IMG/VR virus record: IMGVR_UViG_3300006947_002434
Location: 1 to 57,172 of that record
DNA from: a virus
Taxonomy: Duplodnaviria; Caudoviricetes
Strand: one strand, 5' to 3'
DNA: 57,172 bases
Shown here: positions 17,112 to 26,913 of the stretch, piece after piece
How the letters are laid out: each line of letters opens with the position of its first letter
Position numbering within the stretch: the first letter of the stretch is position 1
Program-made: the position numbers and the translations under genes
The notes under the pieces: model-generated
What the model saw: only the letters and a program-made list of their open reading frames with translations
Databases searched by the model: none
What the model was told of the DNA's origin: nothing

Positions 17112-17956
17112 TATACTAATGCTGTTGCTAGTTTGAATAGATCTTGATTAATTTTAAGATCTTTTTCAAATGATTTGATTTTTCTTACCTTACGTACTTT
17201 AGCTCCATTAAGTGCTGCTTTAAATCCTCCTTGAGTAATCTTCTCTTGAATAGTATTAAATACTTTCCAAAGATCATCTCCTTCGTCTTCTTTTCTAGTA
17301 GCATCTAATATATCATCTATAGTTTCTTGATCGTAGTTAAATTTAGATGCTGTAGGTGAGTTAGGTTTAATACCAGCTCTAATTAACATGGCGTCTAATG
17401 CTAGTTTTTCTTTCTCTACCTTAGTTAGTATCTTAGCTTTCATTTTATTAAGAACTTCTACTCTACTAGGTAAATCTTTTACTGCCTGTCCTACAACGTT
17501 TCTAAGCTCTCCAAATGTATACCCTTTATGACGTATTTTAAAGTCAGAGAACTCTTCATCAGCTATTACTAAACCATTGGAGCATACAAGTCTATATATA
17601 CCTACCTTAAAAGAAAATGCATTAAATCCATCATGTGAGTTTGTCATAATAATTCTAGGGTAAGAATCATCTCCTTCAGAACCTTTAATCATAATATCTG
17701 GGTTCTGAAAGGATATCATATGTTTAGAAAATATAGTATCTTCACCTTTAGATTTTCTCATTTGAGCTGTAACTGGCTTCCACCCTAACTTATCTAAGTC
17801 ATCGATAATAGTCTCAGTATTAACATGAAGGTATTTATCACTTACGTCTGGATTGGAAGGTGTAGTACTAAATGCTACTGGGCATTGTTCTTGAATCTGT
17901 GCTTTTGTAAGGTAAGCGTTTAAACCTTTTTCGAATTTGTTGATAATGTCTGTCAT
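17111..17956 (-). CDS. DUF932/DUF945-family phage/plasmid protein
   Basis: SDKY...T..IID.L...GW.P, KHM, NSHDG, G.YRLVCSNGL, DLW..FN.IQE. Confidence 0.85.
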   Translation of the reverse strand: MTDIINKFEKGLNAYLTKAQIQEQCPVAFSTTPSNPDVSDKYLHVNTETIIDDLDKLGWKPVTAQMRKSKGEDTIFSKHMISFQNPDIMIKGSEGDDSYPRIIMTNSHDGFNAFSFKVGIYRLVCSNGLVIADEEFSDFKIRHKGYTFGELRNVVGQAVKDLPSRVEVLNKMKAKILTKVEKEKLALDAMLIRAGIKPNSPTASKFNYDQETIDDILDATRKEDEGDDLWKVFNTIQEKITQGGFKAALNGAKVRKVRKIKSFEKDLKINQDLFKLATALV

Positions 17957-17990
17957 AATTTATAACCTTTTTTTACTAATTATTTATACT

Positions 17991-18022
17991 TAAATATACG
18001 AAAAATAACTCGGGTAGGCAAC
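17991..18022 (-). promoter_or_regulatory. Class-1 promoter GTTG-N20-TATATTTA
   Basis: Same spacing as the other copies. Confidence 0.75.
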
Positions 18023-18327
18023 TATTTTATGTAAAACTTTTCAATATTATCAATTAATTTCCAAGTATCAATACATTGATCATCTGTTCCGTTACTTTCA
18101 TAGTAGGTTAACACAGTCTCTAGAGCTTTAGGCCATTCCTTTCTAGGTAATGAAATTTCAAAAGCTACTTCACTATCTTGAAAGTTTATAGAGAAGATCT
18201 TAGCTGTCTTCTTACTAAATAGATAAGCTTCATTTATGGCTTTGTGAATTCCATGTACTATCTTCTTATCTTTATAAGAAAATAGATTTTCGAATTGATC
18301 TACAGAACTAAAATTAAGATATTCCAT
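18022..18327 (-). CDS. Hypothetical protein
   Basis: Coupled ORF. Confidence 0.6.
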   Translation of the reverse strand: MEYLNFSSVDQFENLFSYKDKKIVHGIHKAINEAYLFSKKTAKIFSINFQDSEVAFEISLPRKEWPKALETVLTYYESNGTDDQCIDTWKLIDNIEKFYIK

Positions 18328-18482
18328 TACTTGTTCTTTAAAAGTTTTTGCAAAGCTTTTTCATAGATTAGATCTAGGGGCATGTATTGATCTTTTGCTT
18401 TAAGTTTTGTTACTTCCTTAAATAATTCGTCCCTCACTCCATGTTTAATCGCAATGTATACTATATCTTCTAAGTTACTCAT
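18327..18482 (-). CDS. Hypothetical protein (51 aa, not in track)
   Basis: MSNLEDIVYIAIKHGVRDELFKEVTKLKAKDQYMPLDLIYEKALQKLLKNK*. Confidence 0.55.
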   Translation of the reverse strand: MSNLEDIVYIAIKHGVRDELFKEVTKLKAKDQYMPLDLIYEKALQKLLKNK

Positions 18483-18485
18483 ACA

Positions 18486-18517
18486 CAAAGATAAGAACTA
18501 TTTTTTAATATTCCAAC
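18486..18517 (-). promoter_or_regulatory. Class-1 promoter GTTG-N20-TATCTTTG (canonical Bacteroidota -7 box)
   Basis: Exact TAnnTTTG at the same 20-nt spacing. Confidence 0.7.
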
Positions 18518-19092
18518 TTATATCCATTAAAAGTTTGGATATAATCTACTATACTTGTTCCATAAGCATCTTTAAATTCTCTACCGTTCCTAAGAAACTT
18601 CCTTACGCTTCCTGCTCCTCCTAAATGTGCTGCTGCTATTAATCCTGATTCAGTTATTAGTACTCCATTCACTATTTTACCATCATATTTTTTTATATGA
18701 CGGTTTAAAGACTTTTTATTCTTTCGCATGAGTGCAATCATTGCTTGTTCCTGTAGTAAAGTATCTTTCAAGAAAGCTTTTGGTGTGGTCTTAATTCCTA
18801 TCCATTTTAAAGTCTTTTGGCCAAACTGGTACTTACCTAAGTACCCGTAACTGTTAACTATCTTGTAGTTACCGGAAGATTCTCTCTGACCTATACTGTG
18901 TAGGAAGGCTACTTGGTCCATTACTACTATTTTTTTAATTGGAGTAATTGAGAATTGTGGTGCTATTAAGACAATAGGTTTTGGTTCTAATACTAGTGGA
19001 ACATTTAAAGGTCTTATTACATTTGCGACTGTCATGGCCATTAGAAAAAGCGTAGACAACAGACATGCTAATATTATTATATGTTTTTTCAT
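18505..19092 (-). CDS. Signal-anchored lysozyme-like / lytic transglycosylase
   Basis: IGQRESSGNY..VN..GYLGKYQFG, AAAHLGG.G. Confidence 0.75.
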   Translation of the reverse strand: MKKHIIILACLLSTLFLMAMTVANVIRPLNVPLVLEPKPIVLIAPQFSITPIKKIVVMDQVAFLHSIGQRESSGNYKIVNSYGYLGKYQFGQKTLKWIGIKTTPKAFLKDTLLQEQAMIALMRKNKKSLNRHIKKYDGKIVNGVLITESGLIAAAHLGGAGSVRKFLRNGREFKDAYGTSIVDYIQTFNGYKLEY

Positions 19093-19114
19093 GTGGAAAT
19101 TTTAGTGGTTTGAC

Positions 19115-19273
19115 TTAGAAGAGATCGAAGAACTTTGTATCGATCGATTTTTCGCGTAACTTCTCATTGCGCTCTGATTGCTTTACAAGATTGTCTGCAA
19201 CTTGTCTTTCAAGTGGTTTCTTTTTCTTGAAAGTAGAAAACTTTTTTAGTTTGTTTAAGTCTTTGGTTTTCAT
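19115..19273 (-). CDS. Small basic protein (52 aa, not in track)
   Basis: MKTKDLNKLKKFSTFKKKKPLERQ...FFDLF*; CTATTTAT at 19279-19286. Confidence 0.55.
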   Translation of the reverse strand: MKTKDLNKLKKFSTFKKKKPLERQVADNLVKQSERNEKLREKSIDTKFFDLF

Positions 19274-19287
19274 ATTAGATAAATAGT

Positions 19288-19923
19288 TTATAATTTAGAA
19301 ATATATTCATCACCTGGTTCACTTTCTTCATCCATTAACCCAAGCTCCTTAAGGTGTTCAATATGATGTTCATCCATTTCCCATTTGAAATCTTCTCCAT
19401 GTTTATCAACATAATCTTCCATCTTTATCACTTGTTGATCCGTTATAGGACTAACTCCATAGAGAAAGGAACAATTATAACATAATAACTCTATATTATC
19501 TAAGGAAAAGTCTTTCTTATCTTTATTTTTATGATGAAGTACTAAAGGTATTCTATTATCAAGCACTCTTCTCTCTACGAATGTACATCGATTACATTTC
19601 TCTTCTATTACTGCTTCAAAGATAAGTCTTTCTTTTATCTTCTGAGGATCGAAGTGAGTAGATGATACTCTTCCTTCTATAAGATCCATCAGAGGTGGTA
19701 TTTTACCTTTTCCGGAAAGAAACTTAGGTATACCTTTGCCGGACTGGTTTAGATGTTTTTCTAATAACGTTTTACCAGTTTCGTCATCCTTATATAACTT
19801 AGCATACTTCTTATAGTGATTATAAGAAACATGAAGATAACGTGAGGCTGCTCTATTCGATCGAGTTTGCCCCATTGCTCTTAGTAAATCTTCTTTAGTT
19901 AGTATTTTGGATGGTCTTCCCAT
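19288..19923 (-). CDS. HTH + HNH endonuclease-like protein
   Basis: N-terminal HTH (RAASRYLHVSYNHYKKY), CNRC, LVLHH...DNIELLCYNC. Confidence 0.75.
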   Translation of the reverse strand: MGRPSKILTKEDLLRAMGQTRSNRAASRYLHVSYNHYKKYAKLYKDDETGKTLLEKHLNQSGKGIPKFLSGKGKIPPLMDLIEGRVSSTHFDPQKIKERLIFEAVIEEKCNRCTFVERRVLDNRIPLVLHHKNKDKKDFSLDNIELLCYNCSFLYGVSPITDQQVIKMEDYVDKHGEDFKWEMDEHHIEHLKELGLMDEESEPGDEYISKL

Positions 19924-20267
19924 TATTTCTCAGTAGGGTTCATAGAGTTGTAAACATTCTCTTTAGTTTGCTGCTGGGTGGCATGATCATCTTTGTCGTA
20001 ATTTGTATATTCAACAGAGAGGTTTTCTGTTACACCCGATGGATTATCTATTTCTTCTAATCTACGAGCTTCATCTGGGTCCATAATTTGTATTCCAGTC
20101 ATGATTTCTTCTCCAGTCCCGGTTGTGTGAAATCTTGCTACTTTACTTTCTACTGTCGAGCAGTCTACACAGAAACTGTAACCATATTTAGTTTTCCTAA
20201 GCTCAGGCATAGGTTCAGTACACTTCACACATGGTATCATTTTTAATTTCATTGTTTCTTTTATCAT
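19923..20267 (-). CDS. DksA/TraR-like C4 zinc-finger protein
   Basis: CVKCTEPMPELR......FCVDC. Confidence 0.6.
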   Translation of the reverse strand: MIKETMKLKMIPCVKCTEPMPELRKTKYGYSFCVDCSTVESKVARFHTTGTGEEIMTGIQIMDPDEARRLEEIDNPSGVTENLSVEYTNYDKDDHATQQQTKENVYNSMNPTEK

Positions 20268-20298
20268 ATAATTATAACCTTTATTTGTTAAACATTAT

Positions 20299-20347
20299 TA
20301 AATATACGAACTTTCGTTCAGAATTCCAACTTTTGTTGGAGTTATTT
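20299..20347 (-). promoter_or_regulatory. Class-1 promoter with upstream AAATAAC box
   Basis: AAATAAC-N10-GTTG-N20-TATATTTA. Confidence 0.75.
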
Positions 20348-20375
20348 TCTAGTAAATATTATGGGTGGTAGTTAT

Positions 20376-21038
20376 TTATAGGTCACTTTTACCAGCATAC
20401 TTCCAATAAGGGTTGGTATAGTCTTCATCTACTTCTAATTTATCTAATAATTTTTGAGTAGCATCCACATTACCTGAAATAGATACTCTAGTATACCTAC
20501 TACAGTTAGCTGGAGTGTGATGCCATATATCTGAGTTAAATATTAAACACATTCCTCTTTTAGGTGTTACTGTAACCTGTGTCATTGCAGTATTAACTTG
20601 AGTTTGAAATATAAGCTTTCCAGAGTTAGTAGGGTAATTCGGATAGTAAGCAAAAGATAAACTAACTGTTTCTTTTAGAAAACCTCCACAGTGATTATGT
20701 ATTGTAGTTTGTTGACCAGGTTCTACTACATGCCCCCAAAGGTCTCTATCATCCATCTTCCAGTAACCTACATCTCCAAATACATCTACTAACTCTCCAT
20801 ACACAGCATTTGAGACTGCTTTAATAGTATGTTTGTATATATTTGTATCTTCACTAAAGGTATGATTCTTAGGGTACAGTTGATAATGATCTGTATCTCC
20901 GCATAGGTAAACACCGTTTTCATCTCTTTCAACAACATCATCCTTAACCTTAGCCATTATAACTTCTGATAGAATCTTATCATGATCAAGAGCTAACATA
21001 TGCTCTGAGTAATATAACCCGTTAAGTAATTTAAACAT
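20376..21038 (-). CDS. Putative 2OG-Fe(II) oxygenase (TIGR02466-like)
   Basis: W...PGQ...HNH, SFAYY, SGKLIF, P.RG..LIFNS...HHT, RVSISGN. Confidence 0.75.
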   Translation of the reverse strand: MFKLLNGLYYSEHMLALDHDKILSEVIMAKVKDDVVERDENGVYLCGDTDHYQLYPKNHTFSEDTNIYKHTIKAVSNAVYGELVDVFGDVGYWKMDDRDLWGHVVEPGQQTTIHNHCGGFLKETVSLSFAYYPNYPTNSGKLIFQTQVNTAMTQVTVTPKRGMCLIFNSDIWHHTPANCSRYTRVSISGNVDATQKLLDKLEVDEDYTNPYWKYAGKSDL

Positions 21039-21440
21039 TTATAGTTCTTTTATAACATTCCATACATCCTCTGATGTTAGGAATTTTACTCTTTCTTCTT
21101 TTTTATCTCTTTTAAGCATGATTGTACCGTCCCATCCTTTATCTGGTAGTAGTTCATATAGATACAGTTGGATCATTTCCATTTGGCTGGTATTGAATGT
21201 AAGTTTTAATAATGATTCAATAACTTGAAAGAATTTATCTTCATAACCAGTTACATCTATTCCTATCTCTTCAGCCATATAGTCTTTTCTGTCCTCGATC
21301 TCTTGCATCAGGTTAATCATAGTAGTAAAAGCGTGTTTCTTATGTATGCTTTTTTCTACAGGGATTATACTAATTCGGTACTTTATATTTGTCTTAGATG
21401 CTTGTATAGCAGTACGTATTCTTTCTCTAGTAGTTTTCAT
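21039..21440 (-). CDS. Hypothetical protein
   Basis: ORF starting 5 nt after a class-1 promoter. Confidence 0.65.
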   Translation of the reverse strand: MKTTRERIRTAIQASKTNIKYRISIIPVEKSIHKKHAFTTMINLMQEIEDRKDYMAEEIGIDVTGYEDKFFQVIESLLKLTFNTSQMEMIQLYLYELLPDKGWDGTIMLKRDKKEERVKFLTSEDVWNVIKEL

Positions 21441-21445
21441 ATGCT

Positions 21446-21477
21446 ATAATATACGGAATTCTTTACAGAATAACAAC
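21446..21477 (-). promoter_or_regulatory. Class-1 promoter GTTG-N20-TATATTAT
   Basis: Same spacing as the other copies. Confidence 0.7.
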
Positions 21478-21499
21478 TTTTTTACGTAATCATTTCTTT

Positions 21500-21877
21500 T
21501 TATGCTGGGGGAGGTAGTGCAGGTTCAGCTGCGTCTCCTGGGTTGGTCATTTTAAGAGCTGCTCTTACCATTCTATCAAAATACTCTATATAGATAAAGA
21601 AGCCGATAATAGTCTTATCTTTTAAGTTCCTATCTCTTTCTACCTTAAAGTCGTGAGATGCCAATCCCTTCTCTAATCGTTGCTCTAATTCGATAGCGAT
21701 ATCATTCTGTTCAGTTTTTGTAATTGTGCCAAACTCAGTTGGTAGAAATTGTATTTTAACTCCTTTCTTTTGAGGATCTTCATTTACATCTACTTTCAAC
21801 ATAAATTGATGTCCTGCAAAATTTACTTTTGCATTTTCATTTATTACTTCTCTTACTATATCTTTTAACTTACTCAT
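21500..21877 (-). CDS. Hypothetical protein (possibly virion-associated)
   Basis: N-terminal LKDIVREVINE; class-2 motif at 21889-21896. Confidence 0.65.
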   Translation of the reverse strand: MSKLKDIVREVINENAKVNFAGHQFMLKVDVNEDPQKKGVKIQFLPTEFGTITKTEQNDIAIELEQRLEKGLASHDFKVERDRNLKDKTIIGFFIYIEYFDRMVRAALKMTNPGDAAEPALPPPA

Positions 21878-21907
21878 GATATTTTAATATAAATAGTTAC
21901 TAATTCC

Positions 21908-22747
21908 TTATATGACTGCTCTACCAATCATTTTTTCCCAATCTTTATTTTCTCTTACTGCTTCGTTTGTTTCTAATGCTGATGTTATTACATTATTAAC
22001 TGTGCCAAGCTCTTTTGATAACTGTGTTAAAGCTCTTAAGTCTTTAGGGAAGCAATGTCCTCCAAAACCAAAGTCGCCATCTGGTCCAGGAACACTCCAA
22101 TGTGACTTACCTAACCTTCTGTCTATCGTAGCATATTCTATAACCTTATCATAATCTGCTCCTACTCTTCCACATATTTGATATATCTCATTTGCGAATG
22201 ATACTTTAGTAGCCAAGAATGCATTTGTTGTATATTTAACCATTTCAGCATAAGTAGAATTGGTCTTAATTATAGATGCTTCCGGAAATACTCTAGAATA
22301 TATTTGCTTTAATTTAGTTGAACCAGGTCTAGGACCTCCTAAAATAATTCTATCTTGCTTCTCGAAGTCTTCTACTGCATTTGCTTCTGTTAAGAATTCT
22401 GGGTTGAATATAATGTTAATATTTTCAAATAACTTATTCCATTTTTCAGTACTACCTGGTGGTACAGTTGATTTTAGAACTACTATAGCTTTAGTTTCTT
22501 TATTTAATTTTTCTAATGTTTCTAAAACTATACCTGTATGACAAGAACCGTCTCTCTCCATGGGTGTTGGTAAACATACATATATTATAGTACACTTATC
22601 TATAACATCATCAAGAGAGGCATTACATAGGGAGCTATGAAGATCGTACGTCAGTACAGTGTAGTATTTTTTAAACTTTTGATAGATAGCATTACCCACA
22701 AAACCTTGTCCAATAATTCCTATTATATTAACCATCTGTTTCTTCAT
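21908..22747 (-). CDS. UDP-glucose/GDP-mannose 6-dehydrogenase family (short form; start probably 22735)
   Basis: GIIGQGFVG, CLPTP, KSTVPPG, FNPEFL, AEMVKY..NAFLATKVSFANE, GFGGHCFPKD. Confidence 0.9.
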   Translation of the reverse strand: MKKQMVNIIGIIGQGFVGNAIYQKFKKYYTVLTYDLHSSLCNASLDDVIDKCTIIYVCLPTPMERDGSCHTGIVLETLEKLNKETKAIVVLKSTVPPGSTEKWNKLFENINIIFNPEFLTEANAVEDFEKQDRIILGGPRPGSTKLKQIYSRVFPEASIIKTNSTYAEMVKYTTNAFLATKVSFANEIYQICGRVGADYDKVIEYATIDRRLGKSHWSVPGPDGDFGFGGHCFPKDLRALTQLSKELGTVNNVITSALETNEAVRENKDWEKMIGRAVI

Positions 22748-22895
22748 TATTAATTAATTCCATTGTTAGTGGTCCTCTGTTTCGAGAGTATTGTTCGATG
22801 GTCCATTCTACTGTTTTATCTGTTATGAACTCTTTGAATTCATGAGTTTGTGATTGTTCTCCTTCTGTTTTTATTTGAAATGTTAATTTTCTCAT
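22728..22895 (-). CDS. Hypothetical protein (55 aa, not in track)
   Basis: MRKLTFQIKTEGEQSQTHEFKEFITDKTVEWTIEQYSRNRGPLTMELINNEETDG*. Confidence 0.55.
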   Translation of the reverse strand: MRKLTFQIKTEGEQSQTHEFKEFITDKTVEWTIEQYSRNRGPLTMELINNEETDG

Positions 22896-23566
22896 TATTT
22901 AAAATTTATCCAGTGTTTGCTTTGTTTGATTTGTTTCCATATAAACTCTCTACAGTTAATATTGTCTACTCTACTCAGTAAGAGATCTCCTGGGTTCATA
23001 TGGTAGTTTTTTTGAGCTTTTAAACGTTCTAGTATGTAAGGTTTTACCATAGTATCAGTTCTAAAGTGGTATTTCGGAATTATAAAATCTATTCCTGTGT
23101 GTTGAGGTAGATGTGATGACATATAGTTTATATCAAAATAATATATTTGCATTCCTTTCCAATTACCGTTACCAAATACTTCTTTTAAGAATAACTCTCC
23201 TATATCATTAGAGAAATGATCTGGGTGTTTTTGGAATGAAAGTGGAGAAAATGAATTTGATTGGAGGTCTTTTATTATTGTATCAATAATCTCCGGTATT
23301 AAAACATCTTCTGTAATTTTAATATACCTACTCTGAAGAATGTCAGATACTGTTTCTAGTACAATGCTCTCATGTCTTTCCCATTCGTCTCTTACTGGAA
23401 TGTATACTTTAATCTCAGGATCATTTTTATCTAATGATCTAAAGAATTTATCTTCTATTACTTCCCAGCCTTTATTATTGTATTTGATTTGTTTAATTGC
23501 TTGGCTAGCATTTTTAAACAATCCCATTATGTACGTCTTATCCTTACCTGCTAATCTTGATGACAT
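22895..23566 (-). CDS. Sulfotransferase-like protein
   Basis: KNASQAI resembles the 5'-PSB loop and VRDEWERHES the 3'-PB motif. Confidence 0.45.
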   Translation of the reverse strand: MSSRLAGKDKTYIMGLFKNASQAIKQIKYNNKGWEVIEDKFFRSLDKNDPEIKVYIPVRDEWERHESIVLETVSDILQSRYIKITEDVLIPEIIDTIIKDLQSNSFSPLSFQKHPDHFSNDIGELFLKEVFGNGNWKGMQIYYFDINYMSSHLPQHTGIDFIIPKYHFRTDTMVKPYILERLKAQKNYHMNPGDLLLSRVDNINCREFIWKQIKQSKHWINFK

Positions 23567-23568
23567 CT

Positions 23569-24360
23569 TTATAGTTTTATCCCTTTAATTATTTCCCCTG
23601 TTTTAGGATTGTGTGAATTATTAGCATATAGTTTAGGCCTTATACCCCATTTATATTCAAATAGATCTGCTGCTGGTCCTTCTGTTGCTTTAAACATTGC
23701 TCCGTCTTTCCCATTCTTTGTAGCTGTACTTCCGAAATGGTAGAAGTGACCTTTACTGGTCCTACTAAAAGTCTTTCCAGTTAACTCTAACTTCAAAAAG
23801 AAGTCCCAGTCACATATAAAAGGAGATTGGTACATTGTATCGAAACCTCCTACTGTCATATAATCTTGCTTACTCATTGCGAAGGGAAATATTCCTCCAT
23901 CCACTGTTAGCCTTGAATGTCTTATAGTAGGTTCATATTCTAGATACTCATCGTACTTAAATTCAGAGGGTTGACCAAAATCTTTTACCGGGAAGTTAAA
24001 CATTCCTGGTCCTGTAGGCTCTATTTGATTAATAGTTAGTACATTACCAGGGTGTAAATCTTCTTCAATTATCTTATCCCAATCTTTACAGAGAACGTTA
24101 TCATCATTAATAATACAAATTGTCTCATTACTAGCATTCATTACTCCAAAGTTCAATGCTGTTTGCATTCCTTTGTTATTCTTAAAAGTTAAGATCGTTA
24201 TTTGATCTGTATACTTTTTTAGAATATGTGATGATTCTTCTGCGAATCCATCGACTACAACTATGATCTCATTCTTTTTAGATTGATTCTCTGTAGCGGA
24301 TTTCAAGCATATGTCTAGTATCTCTGGACTTCTATATGTTGGTATTACTAAACTAATCAT
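23569..24360 (-). CDS. Glycosyltransferase family 2
   Basis: ISLVIPTY, EIIVVVDG, N.G...ALN.G, INDD, GGFD, DWDF. Confidence 0.9.
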   Translation of the reverse strand: MISLVIPTYRSPEILDICLKSATENQSKKNEIIVVVDGFAEESSHILKKYTDQITILTFKNNKGMQTALNFGVMNASNETICIINDDNVLCKDWDKIIEEDLHPGNVLTINQIEPTGPGMFNFPVKDFGQPSEFKYDEYLEYEPTIRHSRLTVDGGIFPFAMSKQDYMTVGGFDTMYQSPFICDWDFFLKLELTGKTFSRTSKGHFYHFGSTATKNGKDGAMFKATEGPAADLFEYKWGIRPKLYANNSHNPKTGEIIKGIKL

Positions 24361-25406
24361 TATTTATTCTTCCAAAAACTATATATTCCTTTTTCAAGTT
24401 CATATTTTTTCCATACGAACCTTTCTTTCATTGGCTGGTATTTAGCCCAATCCCACATTTTAGTAAGGCCTTCTTCAATATCTATCTTATGTTCAAAGCC
24501 TAAGATCTTCTGTGATTTAGTCCAGGTTGGATACGCATCCTTAACTTCATGTCTTGATTCCTTATAGGCTACTGGTACTTCAGTTAATCTTTTAACATCT
24601 ATTTCTGATCCTTGTCCTATAACTTTTCTTAACACTGCACAAGCTTCATTAATAGTGGTAAATTTAATACCTCCTAAGTTTATAATTTCTTTAGATGCTT
24701 CTGGTAGATGTGCTGCTTTCCAAAATGGCTCTAAAGCATCGTCTACATAACTCCAAGCTCTAGTTTGTTCACCATCACCGAAGATAGTCATAGGTTCAGC
24801 TGCCATATATTGATACATCCAAATACCTAGAACGTTTCTATATTTATCCCATATGTTCTGTTTACGTCCGTATACATTATGGGGTCTAATAATACAGTAA
24901 TCTAAACCGTGCTGTGTTCCTGCACATTTAATATCCATCTCACAAGCATATTTAGCAATACCATAAGGGTCAATAGGTTGAGGTTGATCATCTTCGTGGA
25001 ATGGTCTCTTGCCTTCCCATCCGTGACCGTATACAGCCATAGTAGAAGTAAATACTAACCTAGTAACATCGTTTTTAATACATTCATTAACAACTATAGA
25101 AGTTACTGTTAAGTTATTATTGTAATTAAATGATCTTACAAAAGGAGATAGACCTTCTGCTGCATATGCTGCAAAGTGGTATACATAATCTGGTTGTTCT
25201 TTCTTAAAGATGTCTTCTAACTTACCATCAGTAATATTTGTCTTATAAAATGTTACATCTTTAGGAACGTTATCAATATAACCTCCGCTTAAATCATCTA
25301 CACCCACCACTCTGGTGTTTGGTTTGGTTTCAATGATATACTCTGCTAGACGAGAACCTAGAAGTCCAGCTACTCCTGTAATAAGAATTGTTTCTTGTTT
25401 ATTCAT
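24360..25406 (-). CDS. NAD-dependent sugar epimerase/dehydratase
   Basis: ILITGVAGLLGS, FTSTMAVYG, YGIAK, RPHNVYG, IFGDGEQTR. Confidence 0.92.
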   Translation of the reverse strand: MNKQETILITGVAGLLGSRLAEYIIETKPNTRVVGVDDLSGGYIDNVPKDVTFYKTNITDGKLEDIFKKEQPDYVYHFAAYAAEGLSPFVRSFNYNNNLTVTSIVVNECIKNDVTRLVFTSTMAVYGHGWEGKRPFHEDDQPQPIDPYGIAKYACEMDIKCAGTQHGLDYCIIRPHNVYGRKQNIWDKYRNVLGIWMYQYMAAEPMTIFGDGEQTRAWSYVDDALEPFWKAAHLPEASKEIINLGGIKFTTINEACAVLRKVIGQGSEIDVKRLTEVPVAYKESRHEVKDAYPTWTKSQKILGFEHKIDIEEGLTKMWDWAKYQPMKERFVWKKYELEKGIYSFWKNK

Positions 25407-26092
25407 AATTTATTCCAATTTATTAATGGTGACAGCCAAGCTGTTTCACCGTGAGTTGAGTACCCTGGTATAGGAGTGACCAACAGTTTATTTATTTTTC
25501 CTAGTTCTAAAAACATTTGGAAGTCGTTAGGATGGCTTCCATCTGTATGCTTACGAAGAATACTTTCAGTTTCTTTTAACGTCTCTACTGTAGCAGCAAA
25601 TGTCATAGTAGTGCTGTTAGTAATCTTCCAATGTGTGCTCTCTGATAAATATACCCTAGTTGCTTCTGCTCCTCCTTCACAATGTGGATTACCTCCTTTA
25701 GAAGGATCTAAATACTTATCAGGATGATCATATAAAGATACGAACTTTGCTCCTAAATTCAAACCTTCTTCTAATATTATTCTGCTTTCTGGTCTGTGAA
25801 GGTAATCATTTTCTATAAAATATACTGTATCATTATCAGGTAATGTTAATGCTTCATCTAAAGCTAAATTAAAAGTAGCAGCTCCATTTCCTTTAGAAGC
25901 ATATAGTATATTGTTCCTACTAACATACTTCTGTATCATATTATTAGTTTCTTCAGATACATTATCTGCTATAACTAACCATTCACAATCATCAAATACT
26001 TTAACTGCATTAGCTAAACATTTTTCATTATCTATATAATCTGGTTTATCTTTTTTATAACCAGCATCTGATATTCTGTATATTATTTTCAT
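25403..26092 (-). CDS. Glycosyltransferase-like protein (GT-A fold)
   Basis: VIADN, GNG.ATF, VYFIENDYLH. Confidence 0.65.
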   Translation of the reverse strand: MKIIYRISDAGYKKDKPDYIDNEKCLANAVKVFDDCEWLVIADNVSEETNNMIQKYVSRNNILYASKGNGAATFNLALDEALTLPDNDTVYFIENDYLHRPESRIILEEGLNLGAKFVSLYDHPDKYLDPSKGGNPHCEGGAEATRVYLSESTHWKITNSTTMTFAATVETLKETESILRKHTDGSHPNDFQMFLELGKINKLLVTPIPGYSTHGETAWLSPLINWNKL

Positions 26093-26913
26093 CTATATAA
26101 TCTATGTTTTAATAGTTCATTGAATTCTATATTATTATTCTTTAAATGTATCCAGAGTAATTCTTCCCAACACATTCTTTGGTAGGGATGAGTGTCCATT
26201 ATATCTTGCCAAGTATTAATTAGATTACAGTATACATCCATATTCTTTGATGTACTAAAACCAAAACTATCAGCTATTCCTTTTGGGTGAGGGCAGCCTG
26301 TTGGGACTGTAATTTTATCTAAATCGAATTGATTAAAATGAATTGGGCTAAATAGTTTAATATCTGTTCTTGATCTTACTACAACATCATATTTAAATCC
26401 TTTCTCATCTTCGTAATCAGATTTTAATTTATTAGCTCTATACATTGAAGTCAACATACTCTCTCCAAAATCGCTTCTAATACCAGGTGCTGTTCTGTTT
26501 GGGTACATACCATAACAAAATATCTTTTGAGGTTCTATTAGACTTCTAAAAGGTTTATATAATTCAAAGTACTCCTTAAATGAATCAGTAGGTATATTAT
26601 CCATTAGATGTTTTTTCTGCATTAGTGCTTCCCATCGAGTAGGGGTTTTTGTCATATTTGGATTACCTCCTCCATTCAGCCAACGTGTACCGTATTCCCA
26701 AGGTTCTATATCCCATGAGTGAATAAATACATCTAAGTCATATCTAGGGCCTCCTCCTTTATTATCATCACCTATAAGAAACATATTAAGAGATTCATCA
26801 TAACCCTTTTTGACGAATCTAGATTGCCCTGACATACATAATGCTACTTTGAATTTCTTTATTGGTTCTAAGTCTTCTTGCATCTTTTGTGATTCTGTGC
26901 TTACTTCTATCAT
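26089..26913 (-). CDS. Putative glycan-modifying transferase (A.C.SGQ.R / YD.V.R.R.D family)
   Basis: KVALCMSGQSR, DVFIHSW, KYDVVVRSRTD; paralog of 29726-30607. Confidence 0.55.
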   Translation of the reverse strand: MIEVSTESQKMQEDLEPIKKFKVALCMSGQSRFVKKGYDESLNMFLIGDDNKGGGPRYDLDVFIHSWDIEPWEYGTRWLNGGGNPNMTKTPTRWEALMQKKHLMDNIPTDSFKEYFELYKPFRSLIEPQKIFCYGMYPNRTAPGIRSDFGESMLTSMYRANKLKSDYEDEKGFKYDVVVRSRTDIKLFSPIHFNQFDLDKITVPTGCPHPKGIADSFGFSTSKNMDVYCNLINTWQDIMDTHPYQRMCWEELLWIHLKNNNIEFNELLKHRLYR

